64,000 bases of DNA. Source: Veleropilina oligotropha. Taxonomy: Eukaryota. Positions 36,195 through 47,300 of this stretch are shown here, in pieces. The notes under the pieces are model-generated. The model had not been told where the DNA came from. It ran no database searches and saw only the letters and a program-made list of their open reading frames with translations. The stretch's first letter is position 1. The number at the start of each line of letters is the position of its first letter. The DNA is taken from contig JBEUKZ010000022.1 in NCBI GenBank assembly GCA_048128005.1, positions 124,001 to 188,000 on the forward strand, given 5' to 3'. The translations under genes and the position numbers were made by a program.

Positions 36195-36738
36195 CTTGAT
36201 CTCGCTCTCGCTCTGATATTTTAGGCGGGCAAACATGTCCAAATTGGCAGTGCTTCGCAGTGGTCAACACGGCGGTCAGCGGTGCTAGCCACATGCCATA
36301 CTTATAATACAGCTCACAGCTTGCACCGCGGAGAGCATGGGCGATGAAAGGATCGGCCTCGAGGTCAGCGACCAGACGTGGTTGGTTCTCCGGCGGAATG
36401 GGCAAGAACATCCCAGCTGCACCCGCATAAAGCTGTATAGCAGCAGTCCCCAGGGTCTTTGTCATGTCAGCACCTAGCTTCGCTTCATACCGTGCATGGT
36501 GTTTCTCAACCTCGTCGTCAGTCATATCATCGATTCGGTCAACCGTGAGGTTTCTCCCCAAGTATTTGCTGGCATCCCCTCCGATGGCTAGTGCGGCAAG
36601 CCTCTCCCGTTTCTTTGCCATCCCTATGGAGCCACTGACAGGTTCCTCGTGCTGCGAGCAGCATTTGGTCGTCGAGCCATGGCCGCCCACGGTCGTTTCT
36701 TGTTCGTCGTCCATGAGTTGGTCGAGAAGGCTGTCCAT
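36109..36738 (-). CDS. Hypothetical element protein of about 209 aa
   Basis: ORF from MDSLLDQL with globular-looking composition; its 3' end overlaps the next gene. Confidence 0.65.
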   Translation of the reverse strand: MDSLLDQLMDDEQETTVGGHGSTTKCCSQHEEPVSGSIGMAKKRERLAALAIGGDASKYLGRNLTVDRIDDMTDDEVEKHHARYEAKLGADMTKTLGTAAIQLYAGAAGMFLPIPPENQPRLVADLEADPFIAHALRGASCELYYKYGMWLAPLTAVLTTAKHCQFGHVCPPKISERERDQDDNAGSGPNFGTEPADREGDFFDRLISE

Positions 36739-36918
36739 CCTGAAGCGTTTCCAACATCGCCTCACCGGTCTAATATAACAGTACAGCCAGTACCACCCCC
36801 CCCACGAGTAACAGCAACGTCAGGCTTTGGCTGCAAGCAAAAGCTATGTATACAGCGTCCGACATGCCTAGCTAGCTAAGTAGCTGCTAAGTAGATGCTA
36901 GGGCTAGCCAAGTAGCTG

Positions 36919-37550
36919 CTACAACACACTATAAGCAACAGGCTGATCAGTTTTCAACAGAAGCTTTTTGTGTTTTGTCTCGGCCAAAAGCCGGCGCACT
37001 GCGGTTCTCTCGTCGCTGGATGAGATAACATCGTTCTCGCGCAGACAGTCCTCGAAACCGTCGCGGTCCTTGCAATGGAACAGCGCGACCCAGCGGGTCT
37101 GCTCTCTGAGCTCCTTCAAGACTGCGTTGTACTTTTGCGTCACTACCCATACGCTCTGTTCGGCGTGTCTTCCGCTGAAGGCCAACAAAGTCAGCATGTC
37201 CCTTCTCTTTGCGAGGGCTTTGCTGGCGGCGCAGTCGTCGATGATGTAGAGGGTTGGTTCCCCCTGAAACAGCCGGTAGAACCCCCGCAACCAGTCATGG
37301 AGTCGCTCACCGGGGGGATCAAGTACACCTCAGGGTCAGTCCAGATCCATGGACAGGACTGGTATGCTTTGTTGTACTTGATCGTGGGGCAGAGGATCAC
37401 AATATGCCGGAACACTCCTAGGTACTCCCCCTCCAGAAGTTCAAGCATGAAAACCGTCTTCCCACAGCCCGTCTGGCCGCAGATGATCGCGGAGTGGGGG
37501 TCCTTGGTGTGCGGGAACCTTTTAGTATAGTGCTGTGACAAAGCGTCCAT
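36919..37550 (-). pseudogene. A32-like (FtsK-HerA superfamily) genome packaging ATPase, frameshifted
   Basis: Walker A IICGQTGCGKT and IVILCPT in one frame; Walker B LYIIDDC, SGRH and VWVVTQ in another. The shift maps to the G6 run at about 37312-37317. Confidence 0.88.
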
Positions 37551-38826
37551 CCTGAATATGCAGTTGCGCATCCATTATCATGAACACGTAGACGTTCAAC
37601 GGGCCGGCTGCCTCGCCTATCTTAGTTATCTGGATGGTGATGCCCTCGCTGGTGTTATCTACTTTCCAGCCTGACCCATGCAGATAGTCATCGTCGGTGA
37701 CCCTCAGGTCTATAACTAGAGCAAATTTATTCGTCAAGAACTGGCCCAGGGTGACGTCCGCCAATTCCAAATCCTTGGCAACCAACGCCACCTCAGGATG
37801 GCGCTTGCTGCTTGGGGAGGAGGCGAAGAATCTCCTGGCTTCATCCCACATCTGGTAGGAACGCATGCCCTGGCTGTATATTTGATTCGGCACACCCTCA
37901 ATGGTGACCTCGACCTTCGTGATCTTCGGATTGTAGAAGGCCTCGGTGTCCCTCGCGAATGGTGCGGCGTCTCTCGCGGGATCCTCGAACAGAAGTAGGA
38001 TTCCCTTCATGGATTTCGCCGGTACATTCAAATTTAAATTCCACAAAGTGTCACTCTTGTCTCTGGTGATCTTACGATGCCGCAGGACACGATCGTACAG
38101 GATTGTGAGGCGGCCCGAGTACTGGTTTTGTATCAGCCTGGCAATCTCAAGATTAGTGACCATGTCGTATTCCAGGCTGATATTGTCGATGACGTAGCTG
38201 GAGCTGGGGTCATCAGTGTCCCTGATCGTCCTTGAGTGATCATTGAACGTGAGTTCGTACTCAAGACGGTCCCCCAACGCACTTTGGTAGAACGGCATGT
38301 GGCTCTCCAGCAACTCGAAGTCCAGCGGGATGCGGAACCTCGGACCGTAAGCGTCCGAGATGGCCGTGTCCTCAGAACGTCTGAACGCGCCCTCAGCGCC
38401 GACACGATTCTTCGTAGTGTTGTGGCTGTCGCTGGTATCAATCCCCTGGTAGTGAGCATTCTTGCGCTCCCCTGCGGTCTTCCAGAGATCGCAGTAGCAG
38501 TGGTACACGTCGGAGTCATCTATAGACATGACTTCGTTCCCACTGATCTTTATCGTGGTCTTCTGGACCACGGCGCGTCAGATGTTCTGAACTACAGTCC
38601 TGTTCGGGTTAGCCGAGGTCAGAGAAATGGTGAATGCGAGGTGGGCAGTCCCTGGCACGATAACGTCGTGAGTCCCGAGATTCGGGAACCGAACCAACAG
38701 CTGCTGGTTGGCGGCGATCGTGGAGGGGTTGTTCGTTATGGTGACTGACTGGCGGACCCCTTTCACCCCAAGAGGCTCTCGAAGTCTTCGGTATGGATCC
38801 AACGTGCGTCCGTACGGGCTGGCCAT
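37522..38826 (-). pseudogene. Probable major capsid protein (double jelly-roll) with one in-frame stop
   Basis: MASPYGRTLDP...VTALY is a 434-codon frame with only TGA at 38578-38580 (VVQNI*RAVVQK). Beta-strand-like pattern, suitable size, and adjacency to the ATPase fit an MCP; the fold is not verified. Confidence 0.7.
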
Positions 38827-38868
38827 GTTGTTGTCTGAATTAGATGCGTATTCCACCGGTGTATTCAA

Positions 38869-40191
38869 ATGGCGGAATTTGAGAACCCCACATTCGAGCT
38901 TGATGATTTCATCGACAATGATGATCTCATCGACAACGATGATACCATCATCGACGATATTGATGTGGATAGATCCGCCGACCGGTCGCCACAGGAAGGA
39001 ACCAGCGATCTTCGGCAAGAGCTCGTGAAAGATGCGGTGGATGGCTACTACGAAGCCCTGTTGGAGGAGGGGCAGACCCTGCCCCCGTATCGTGATTATG
39101 CCCAGTTCGAGTATGTCGAGGGGGAGGGATTGCGGCTGAAGAACTTTCCACACGTCGATCTCATCAATTCTAGGACCAAAAAACCCAATGCTTTGTCAAC
39201 ACTAGCTAACCGGCGTAAAGGGAGTAAAGCGATCAGAGATGGGTTGGGGTTCGCAGCATGGACGCGGCCAGAGAAGCGGGGGAAAGGGGGACAGAAGATG
39301 TCCTCAAAAGCCGTCGCAGCTTTTCAGACTGCCGACAATGCGTTGAGCGGTGCGGCGGCCAACGTAGACAACGTGGAACTGCGGGACTTGGGGCAGACAG
39401 CTACTGAGGCATCAGTAGCAATCCACACAATGGAGACGACGTTCACAGATGCTGAGGTTGATGAGATCTTAGGCACGATGGGGGACCCCCCATTAAATCT
39501 CTGTGAGCTTCGCGGGCTGGACAAGGCGATGCAGACAATCCGAGGTGAACTCACGAACAACCTGGCCAAGCTAACGGCGCTGGACGACCACATAGCCCTG
39601 GAGAAGAGGAAGCTCGATCAGGCAGATGAAGAGGGGGGTGTGGATGAGTTTGTTCGTCGACGTATCGCGGAACGGCTTCGCAACTTACAGGATGAACGAG
39701 AAGCTCGCCTAGAGGCAGCCTCGTCCAGCCGGGAAGCCCTTCGCTCTCAAATCAGCCGGATCCGAGAGATGATAAGTCGGATACTCCACTCCGACACAAC
39801 GCTTGCCGAGCGCGTCCGGACCCTATTCCGCGAGCAGGGGGTCACAATCGTGACAATACTGACCGCAATTGGTATGGCCATCTCGACTTTGGTACTAGCC
39901 CTGACAGGCGGAGCGCCGAGCATCGCACCAACACCACCACCTCCCAGTGGTAAAGGCGTGAAGGAGTGGGTCGAAAAGCAGCTGCAAGCTCTGGGACGGA
40001 TTCTGGGCAAACTAGCGGGGAAGGTGGCAGCGGCACTCCCAGGCATGATTGGCAGCCTGCTTTCCTGGCTTATCAACTTGGTTGGCAAGACCGCGTCGTG
40101 GCTTGCCGACCACCTGTGGGCTGTGATTATATCCGTCGGGGGCTTGCTTCTGATGGCCGCTAGCCGGTTTGGGGTGCTGCCAGCCAAATGA
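38869..40191 (+). CDS. 440-aa protein with an acidic N-terminus, long coiled coil and C-terminal hydrophobic/amphipathic helices
   Basis: Intact ATG ORF; heptad-rich middle region, then GVTIVTILTAIGMAISTLVLAL, LPGMIGSLLSWLINLV and LWAVIISVGGLLLMA. Confidence 0.85.
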   Translation: MAEFENPTFELDDFIDNDDLIDNDDTIIDDIDVDRSADRSPQEGTSDLRQELVKDAVDGYYEALLEEGQTLPPYRDYAQFEYVEGEGLRLKNFPHVDLINSRTKKPNALSTLANRRKGSKAIRDGLGFAAWTRPEKRGKGGQKMSSKAVAAFQTADNALSGAAANVDNVELRDLGQTATEASVAIHTMETTFTDAEVDEILGTMGDPPLNLCELRGLDKAMQTIRGELTNNLAKLTALDDHIALEKRKLDQADEEGGVDEFVRRRIAERLRNLQDEREARLEAASSSREALRSQISRIREMISRILHSDTTLAERVRTLFREQGVTIVTILTAIGMAISTLVLALTGGAPSIAPTPPPPSGKGVKEWVEKQLQALGRILGKLAGKVAAALPGMIGSLLSWLINLVGKTASWLADHLWAVIISVGGLLLMAASRFGVLPAK

Positions 40192-41353
40192 ACGCTAGGC
40201 CAACGACAACGCCGCCCACGATAAGTGCGGTTTTCTCCTCGTCATGTGACTGGGCAGCCCCCGCGGCTGAAACAGCTGCCGGCTCAGCGTTTGAGTGCTT
40301 CGGAGCATCTGCCCGTAAGACTGCGACCTCGTCTTGTGGGATGACCAGTCCTTTCTCTCCAGTCTCCCCAGCGGCGTTGAGCGGCACACTGGCCGCGTTG
40401 ACGGTTGTATTAAGACCGAGTGTCTGGTTTTCTGTTGCGACGACGATCTCGTTGTTATAACCGGCCACCTGCCCTATTCGCAGGAGCATGTCACTTGGCG
40501 CCATGTACAGGCCATGTCCGAAGACATAGTCCACCTTGGACCTGGCATACTGTAGCACCTCCTGGTACCTCTTGATGGCTGATGGCAGGTCAACGGGGGA
40601 TGAGATGGCATCTTCCACGTTGGCCAGAAACTGTTTCTGCGCGTCAAATGCCATTCCACTGCCCAGAATGCCTGCACGCATTTGAGCCTGCGCTCCAAGA
40701 ATAGCCCAGACGTAGGTCCTGATGGAGTCATTGAGCCTTTCCACGCCAGCCCGGGTAAATCCCGCTGACTTGTCCAGGATGAACGAAGCCCAGCCGTTTG
40801 AAAGCGCAGGCGCTTGCGCGATGTAGTCCACGTGCAGATTCGAGTTGGTCGTACCTTTTGTGAATGACATACGACTGGGGTCATACTCACGTCCGATGGA
40901 GTGGTAGCCATTGTTCGTCCAGTAGCTGAAAGCGGTGCCTAGTCCGCCGTTGGGACCCGTGACACGCCAGTCGGTATGTGGGGACACTCCAAACTCACTG
41001 CAGATCTTCTCATATGCCCTTCGATCATACGGGGTGTCGAATGCATCCCACGTCCTGTCTTGTGGCAGCGGCGCCTGAATTTCGGTCAGTACCCTTCTGA
41101 CCTGATAGTAGACGTGGAAGGTGAATACGGCTCTGGTCAGGGGGTCGGTCGCATTCAAGTGGTCCTCTGAGGAGATCCCGGAACCTGTTGTGGCACACCA
41201 GACGGCGAAATTGACCTTGTTCTGCAAAAATCGCATCGGCGTACTGTGCCAGGCCTGGATCACTCGATCACTCGCGACGTGAGGGAGGCGGTATTTTTGA
41301 AAAACGTCGGGGTAGTCTGCCCCGAATGCAGTGGTTGAGCTATTACCCACATT
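40160..41353 (-). pseudogene. 5'-truncated homolog of the 12..1316 gene
   Basis: Aligns by eye with copy 1 from YPDVFQKY to EEKTALIV.GVVVGLAF.WLA.P. The N-terminus is replaced by satellite sequence. Confidence 0.88.
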
Positions 41354-44300
41354 TGAAACTGATACAGGTGATGACCAGTAACGTCGGCTCTGGCTTGTAT
41401 GTATTGCTACGGGAACCGACGAGAAACATGGCACTGAAACTGATACAGGTGATGACCAGTAACGTCGGCTCTGGCTTGTATGTATTTATTAGACAATTAT
41501 ATGAGAGGCATAACATGGTTTTGTTTTAACCAACATATATTAACGCACTGGCATCGATGTTTACGGCCATTCTCCATATCATATTAAGAACATGAAATTT
41601 GTGTATCAGTTAAAATGTCATATATCCCGACGGGACTCGAACCCGCGATCTCCTGAATTCCGTCCAGGCGCTCTACTGACTAAGCTACGGGAACCGACGA
41701 GAAACATGGCACTGAAACTGATACAGGTGATGACCAGTAACGGTCGGCTCTGGCTTGTATGTATTTATTAGACAATTATATGAGAGGCATAACATGGTTT
41801 TGTTTTAACCAACATATATCAACGCACTGGCATCGATGTTTACGGCCATCTCCATATCATATTAAGAACATGAAATTTGTGTATCTGTTAAAATGTCATA
41901 TATCCCGACGGGACTCGAACCCGCGATCACCTGAATTCCGTCCAGGCGCTCTACCGTCTAAGCTACGGGAACCGACGAGAAACATGGCACTGAAACTGAT
42001 ACAGGTGATGACCAGTAACGTCGGCTCTGGCTTGTATGTATTTATTAGACAATTATATGAGAGGCATAACATGGTTTTGTTTTAACCAACATATATTAAC
42101 GCACTGGCATCGATGTTAACGGCCATTCTCCATATCATATTAAGAACATGAAATTTGTGTATCAGTTAAAATGTCATATGTCCCGATGGGACTCGAACCC
42201 GCGATCTCCTGAATTCCGTCCAGGCCATGTACCGACTAAGCTATGGGAACCGACGAGAAACATGGCACTGAAACTGATACAGGTGATGACCAGTAACGGT
42301 CGGCTCTGGCTTGTATGTATTTATTAGACAATTATATGAGAGGCATAACATGGTTTTGTTTTAACCAACATATATTAACGCACTGGCATCGATGTTTACG
42401 GCCATTCTCCATATCATATTAAGAACATGAAATTTGTGTATCAGTTAAAATCTCATATATCCCGATGGGACTCGAACCCGCAATCTCCTGAATTCCGTCC
42501 AGGCACTCTACCGACTAACCTACGGGAACCGACGAGAAACATGGCACTGAAACTGATACAGGTGATGACCAGTAATGGTCAGCTCTGGCTTTGTATGTAT
42601 TTATTAGACAATTATATGAGAGGCATGACATGGTTTTGTTTTAACCAACATATATTAACACACTGGCATCAATGTTTACGGCCATTCTCCATATCATATT
42701 AAGAACATGAAATTTGTGTATCAGTTAAAATGTCATATATCCCGACGGGACTCGAACCCGCGATCTCCTGAATTCCGTCCAGGCGCTCTACCGAATAAGC
42801 TACGGGAACCGACGAGAAACATGGCACTGAAACTGATACAGGTGATGACCAGTAACGGTCGGCTCTGGCTTGTATGTATTTATTAGACGATTATATGAGT
42901 GGCATAACATGGTTTTGTTTTAACCAACATATATTAATGCACTGGCATCGATGTTTACGGCCATTCTCCATATCATATTAAGAACATGAAATTTGTGTAT
43001 CAGTTAAAATGTCATATATCCCGACGGGACTCGAACCAGCGATCTCCTGAATTCCGTCCAGGAGCTCTACCGACTAAGCTACGGGAACTGACGAGAAACA
43101 TGGCACTGAAACGGATACAGGTGATGACCAGTAACGGTCGGCTCTGGCTTGTATGTATTTATTAGACAATTATATGAGAGGCATAACATGGTTTTGTTTT
43201 AACCAACATATATTAACGCACTGGCATCGATGTTTACGGCCATTCTCCATATCATATTAAGAACATGAAATTTGTGTATCAGTTAAAATGTCATATATCC
43301 CGACGGGACTCGAACCCGCGATCTCCTGAATTCCGTCCAGGCGCTCTACCGACTAAGCTATGGGAACCAACGAGAAACATGACACTGAAACTGATACAGG
43401 TGATGACCAGTAATGGTCTGCTCTGGCTTGTATGTATTTATTAGACAATCATATGAGAGGCATAACATGGTTTTGTTTTAACCAACATATATTAACACAC
43501 TGCCATCGATGTTTACGGCCATTCTCCATATCATATTAAGAACATGAAATTTGTGTATCAGTTAAAATGTCATATATCCCGACGGGACTCGACCCCGCGA
43601 TCTCCTGAATTCCGTCCAGGCGCTCTACCGACTAAGCTACGGGAACTGACGAGAAACATGGCACTGAAACGGATACAGGTGATGACCAGTAACGGTCGGC
43701 TCTGGCTTGTATGTATTTATTAGACAATTATATGAGAGGTATAACATGGTTTTGTTTTAACCAACATATATTAACGCACTGGCATCGATGTTTACGGCCA
43801 TTCTCCATATCATATTAAGAACATGAAATTTGTGTATCAGTTAAAATGTCATATATCCCGACGGGACTCGAACCCGCGATCTCCTGAATTCCGTCCAGGC
43901 GCTCTACCGACTAAGCTACGGGAACCGACGAGAAACATGGCACTGAAACTAATACAGGTGATGACCAGTAACTGTCGGCTCTGGCTTGTATGTATTTATT
44001 AGACAATTATATGAGAGGCATAACATGGTTTTGTTTTAACCAACATATATTAATACACTGGCATCGATGTTTACGGCCATTCTCCATATCATATTAAGAA
44101 CATGAAATTTGTGTATCAGTTAAAATGTCATATATCCCGACGGGACTCGAACCGGCGATCTCCTGAATTCCGTCCAGGCGCTCTACCGACTAAGCTACGG
44201 GAACCGACGAGAAACATGGCACTGAAACTGATACAGGTGATGACCAGTAACGGTCGGCTCTGGCTTGTATGTATTTATTAGACAATTATATGAGAGGCAT

Positions 44301-47300
44301 AACATGGTTTTGTTTTAACCAACATATATTAACGCACTGGCATCGATGTTTACGGCCATTCTCCATATCATATTAAGAACATGAAATTTGTGTATCAGTT
44401 AAAATGTCATATATCCCGATGGGACTCGAACCCGCAATCTCCTGAATTCCATCCAGGCACTCTACCGACTAAGCTACGGGAACCGACGAGAAACATGGCA
44501 CTGAAACGGGTACAGGTGATGACCAGTAACGGTCGGCTCTGGCTTGTATGTATTTATTAGACAATTATATGAGAGGCATAACATGGTTTTGTTTTACCCA
44601 ACATATATTAACGCACTGGCATCGATGTTTACGGCCATTCTCCATATCATAATAAGAACATGAAATTTGTGTATCAGTTAAAATGTCATATATCCCGACG
44701 GGACTCGAACCCTCGATCTCCTGAATTCCGTCCAGGCGTTCTACTGACTAAGCTACGGGAACCGACGAGAAACATGGCACTGAAACTAATACAGGTGATG
44801 ACCAGTAACTGTCGGCTCTGGCTTGTATGTATTTATTAGACAATTATATGAGAGGCATAACATGGTTTTGTTTTAACCAACATATATTAATGCACTGGCA
44901 TCGATGTTTACGGCCATTCTCCATATCATATTAAGAACATGAAATTTGTGTATCAGTTAAAATGTCATATATCCCGACGGGACTCGAACCCGCGATCTCC
45001 TGAATTCCGTCCAGGCGCTCTACAGACTAAGCTACAGGAACTGACGAGAAACATGGCACTGAAACTGATACAGGTGATGACCAATAACGGTCGGCTCTGG
45101 CTTGTATGTATTTATTAGACAATTATATGAGAGGCATAACATGGTTTTGTTTTAACCAACATATATTAACGCACTGGCATCGATGTTTACGGCCATTCTC
45201 CATATCATATTAAGAACATGAAATTTGTGTATCAGTTAAAATGTCATATATCCCGATGGGACTCGAACCCGCGATCTCCTGAATTCCGTCCAGGCGCTCT
45301 ACCGACTAAGCTATGGGAACCGACGAGAAACATGGCACTGAAACTGATACAGGTGATGACCAGTAACGGTCGGCTCTGGCTTGTATGTATTTATTAGACA
45401 ATTATATGAGAGGCATAACATGGTTTTGTTTTAACCAACATATATTAACGCACTGGCATCGATGTTTACGGCCATTCTCCATATCATGTTAACAACATGA
45501 AATTTGTGTATCAGTTAAAATGTCATATATCCCGACGGGACTCGAACCTGCGATCTCCTGAATTCCGTCCAGGCGCTCTACCGACTAAGCTACGGGAACC
45601 GACGAGAAACATGGCACTGAAACTGATACAGGTGATGACCAGTAACGGTCGGCTCTGGCTTGTATGTATTTATTAGACAATTATATGAGAGGCATAACAT
45701 GGTTTTGATTTAACCAACATATATTAACGCACTGGCATCGATGTTTACGGCCATTCTCCATATCATATTAAGAACATGAAATTTGTGTATCAGTTAAAAT
45801 GTCATATATCCCGACGGGACTCGAACCCGCGATCTCCTGAATTCCGTCCAGGCGCTCTACCGACTAAGCTACAGGAACCGACGATAAACATGGCACTGGA
45901 ACTGATACAGGTGATGACCAGTAACGGTCGGCTCTGGCTTGTATGTATTTATTAGACAATTATATGAGAGGCATAACATGGTTTTGTTTTAACCAACATA
46001 TATTAACGCACTGGCATCGATGTTTACGGCCATTCTCCATATCATATTAAGAACATGAAATTTGAGTATCAGTTAAAATGTCATATATCCCGACGGGACT
46101 CGAACCCGCGATCTCCTGAATTCCGTCCAGGTGCTCTACCGACTAAGCTACGGGAACCGACGAGAAACATGGCACTGAAACTGATACAGGTGATGACCAG
46201 TAACAGTCGGCTCTGGCTTGTATGTATTTATTAGACAATTATATGAGAGGCATAACATGGTTTTGTTTTAACCAACATATATTAACGCACTAGCATCGAT
46301 GTTTAACGGCCATTCTCCATATCATATTAAGAACATGAAATTTGTGTATCAGTTAAAATGTCATATATCCCGATGGGACTCGAACCCGCGATCTCCTGAA
46401 TTCCGTCCAGGCACTCTACTGACTAAGCTACGGGAACCGACGAGAAACATGGCACTGAAACTGATACAGGTGATGACCAGTAACGGTCGGCTCTGGCTTG
46501 TATGTATTTATTAGACAATTATATGAGAGTCATAACATGGTTTTGTTTTAACCAACATATATTAACGCACTGGCATCGATGTTTACGGCCATTCTCCATA
46601 TCATATTAAGAACATGAAATTTGTGTATCAGTTAAAATGTCATATATCCCGACGGGGCTCGAACCCGTGACCTCCTGAATTCCGTCCAGGCGCTCTACTG
46701 ACTAAGCTACGGGAACCGACGAGAAACATGGCACTGAAACTGATACAGGTGATGACCAGTAACGGTCGGCTCTGGCTTGTATGTATTTATTAGACAATTA
46801 TATGAGAGGCATTACCGACTAAGCTACGGCAACCGACGAGAAACATGGCACTGAAACTGATACAGGTGATGACCAGTAACGGTCGGCTCTGGCTTGTATG
46901 TATTTATTAGACAATTATATGAGAGGCATAACATGGTTTTGTTTTAACCAACATATATTAACGCACTGGCATCGATGTTAACGGCCATTCTCCATATCAT
47001 ATTAAGAACATGAAATTTGTGTATCAGTTAAAATGTCATATGTCCCGACGGGACTCGAACCCGCGATCTCCTGAATTCCGTCCAGGCGCTCTACCGACTA
47101 AGCTATGGGAACCGACGAGAAACATGGCACTGAAACTGATACAGGTGATGACCAGTAACGGTCGGCTCTGGCTTGTATGTATTTATTAGACAATTATATG
47201 AGAGGCATATCTTGGTTTTGTTTTAACCAACATATATTAACGCACTGGCATCGATGTTTACGGCCATTCTCCATATCATATTAAGAACATGAAATTTGTG

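Larger units (their letters stand above)
28640..41353. mobile_element. Polinton/Maverick-like endogenous viral element, copy 2 (left terminus intact, right arm missing), inserted in the satellite
   Basis: GC-rich, gene-dense 12.7 kb with pPolB-like/helicase, RVE integrase, packaging ATPase and capsid-like genes. Sharp junctions with the array at gcttgtatgt|ggggggg and cccacatt|tgaaactgatac. Confidence 0.92.

Noticed and set aside
28634..41360. Target-site duplication for copy 2
   Set aside because: The right end is missing, so no TSD can be assessed.
41354..41434. N-terminus of the 424-aa ORF as a real fusion protein
   Set aside because: The first codons derive from satellite DNA across the truncation junction; there is no sign of function.
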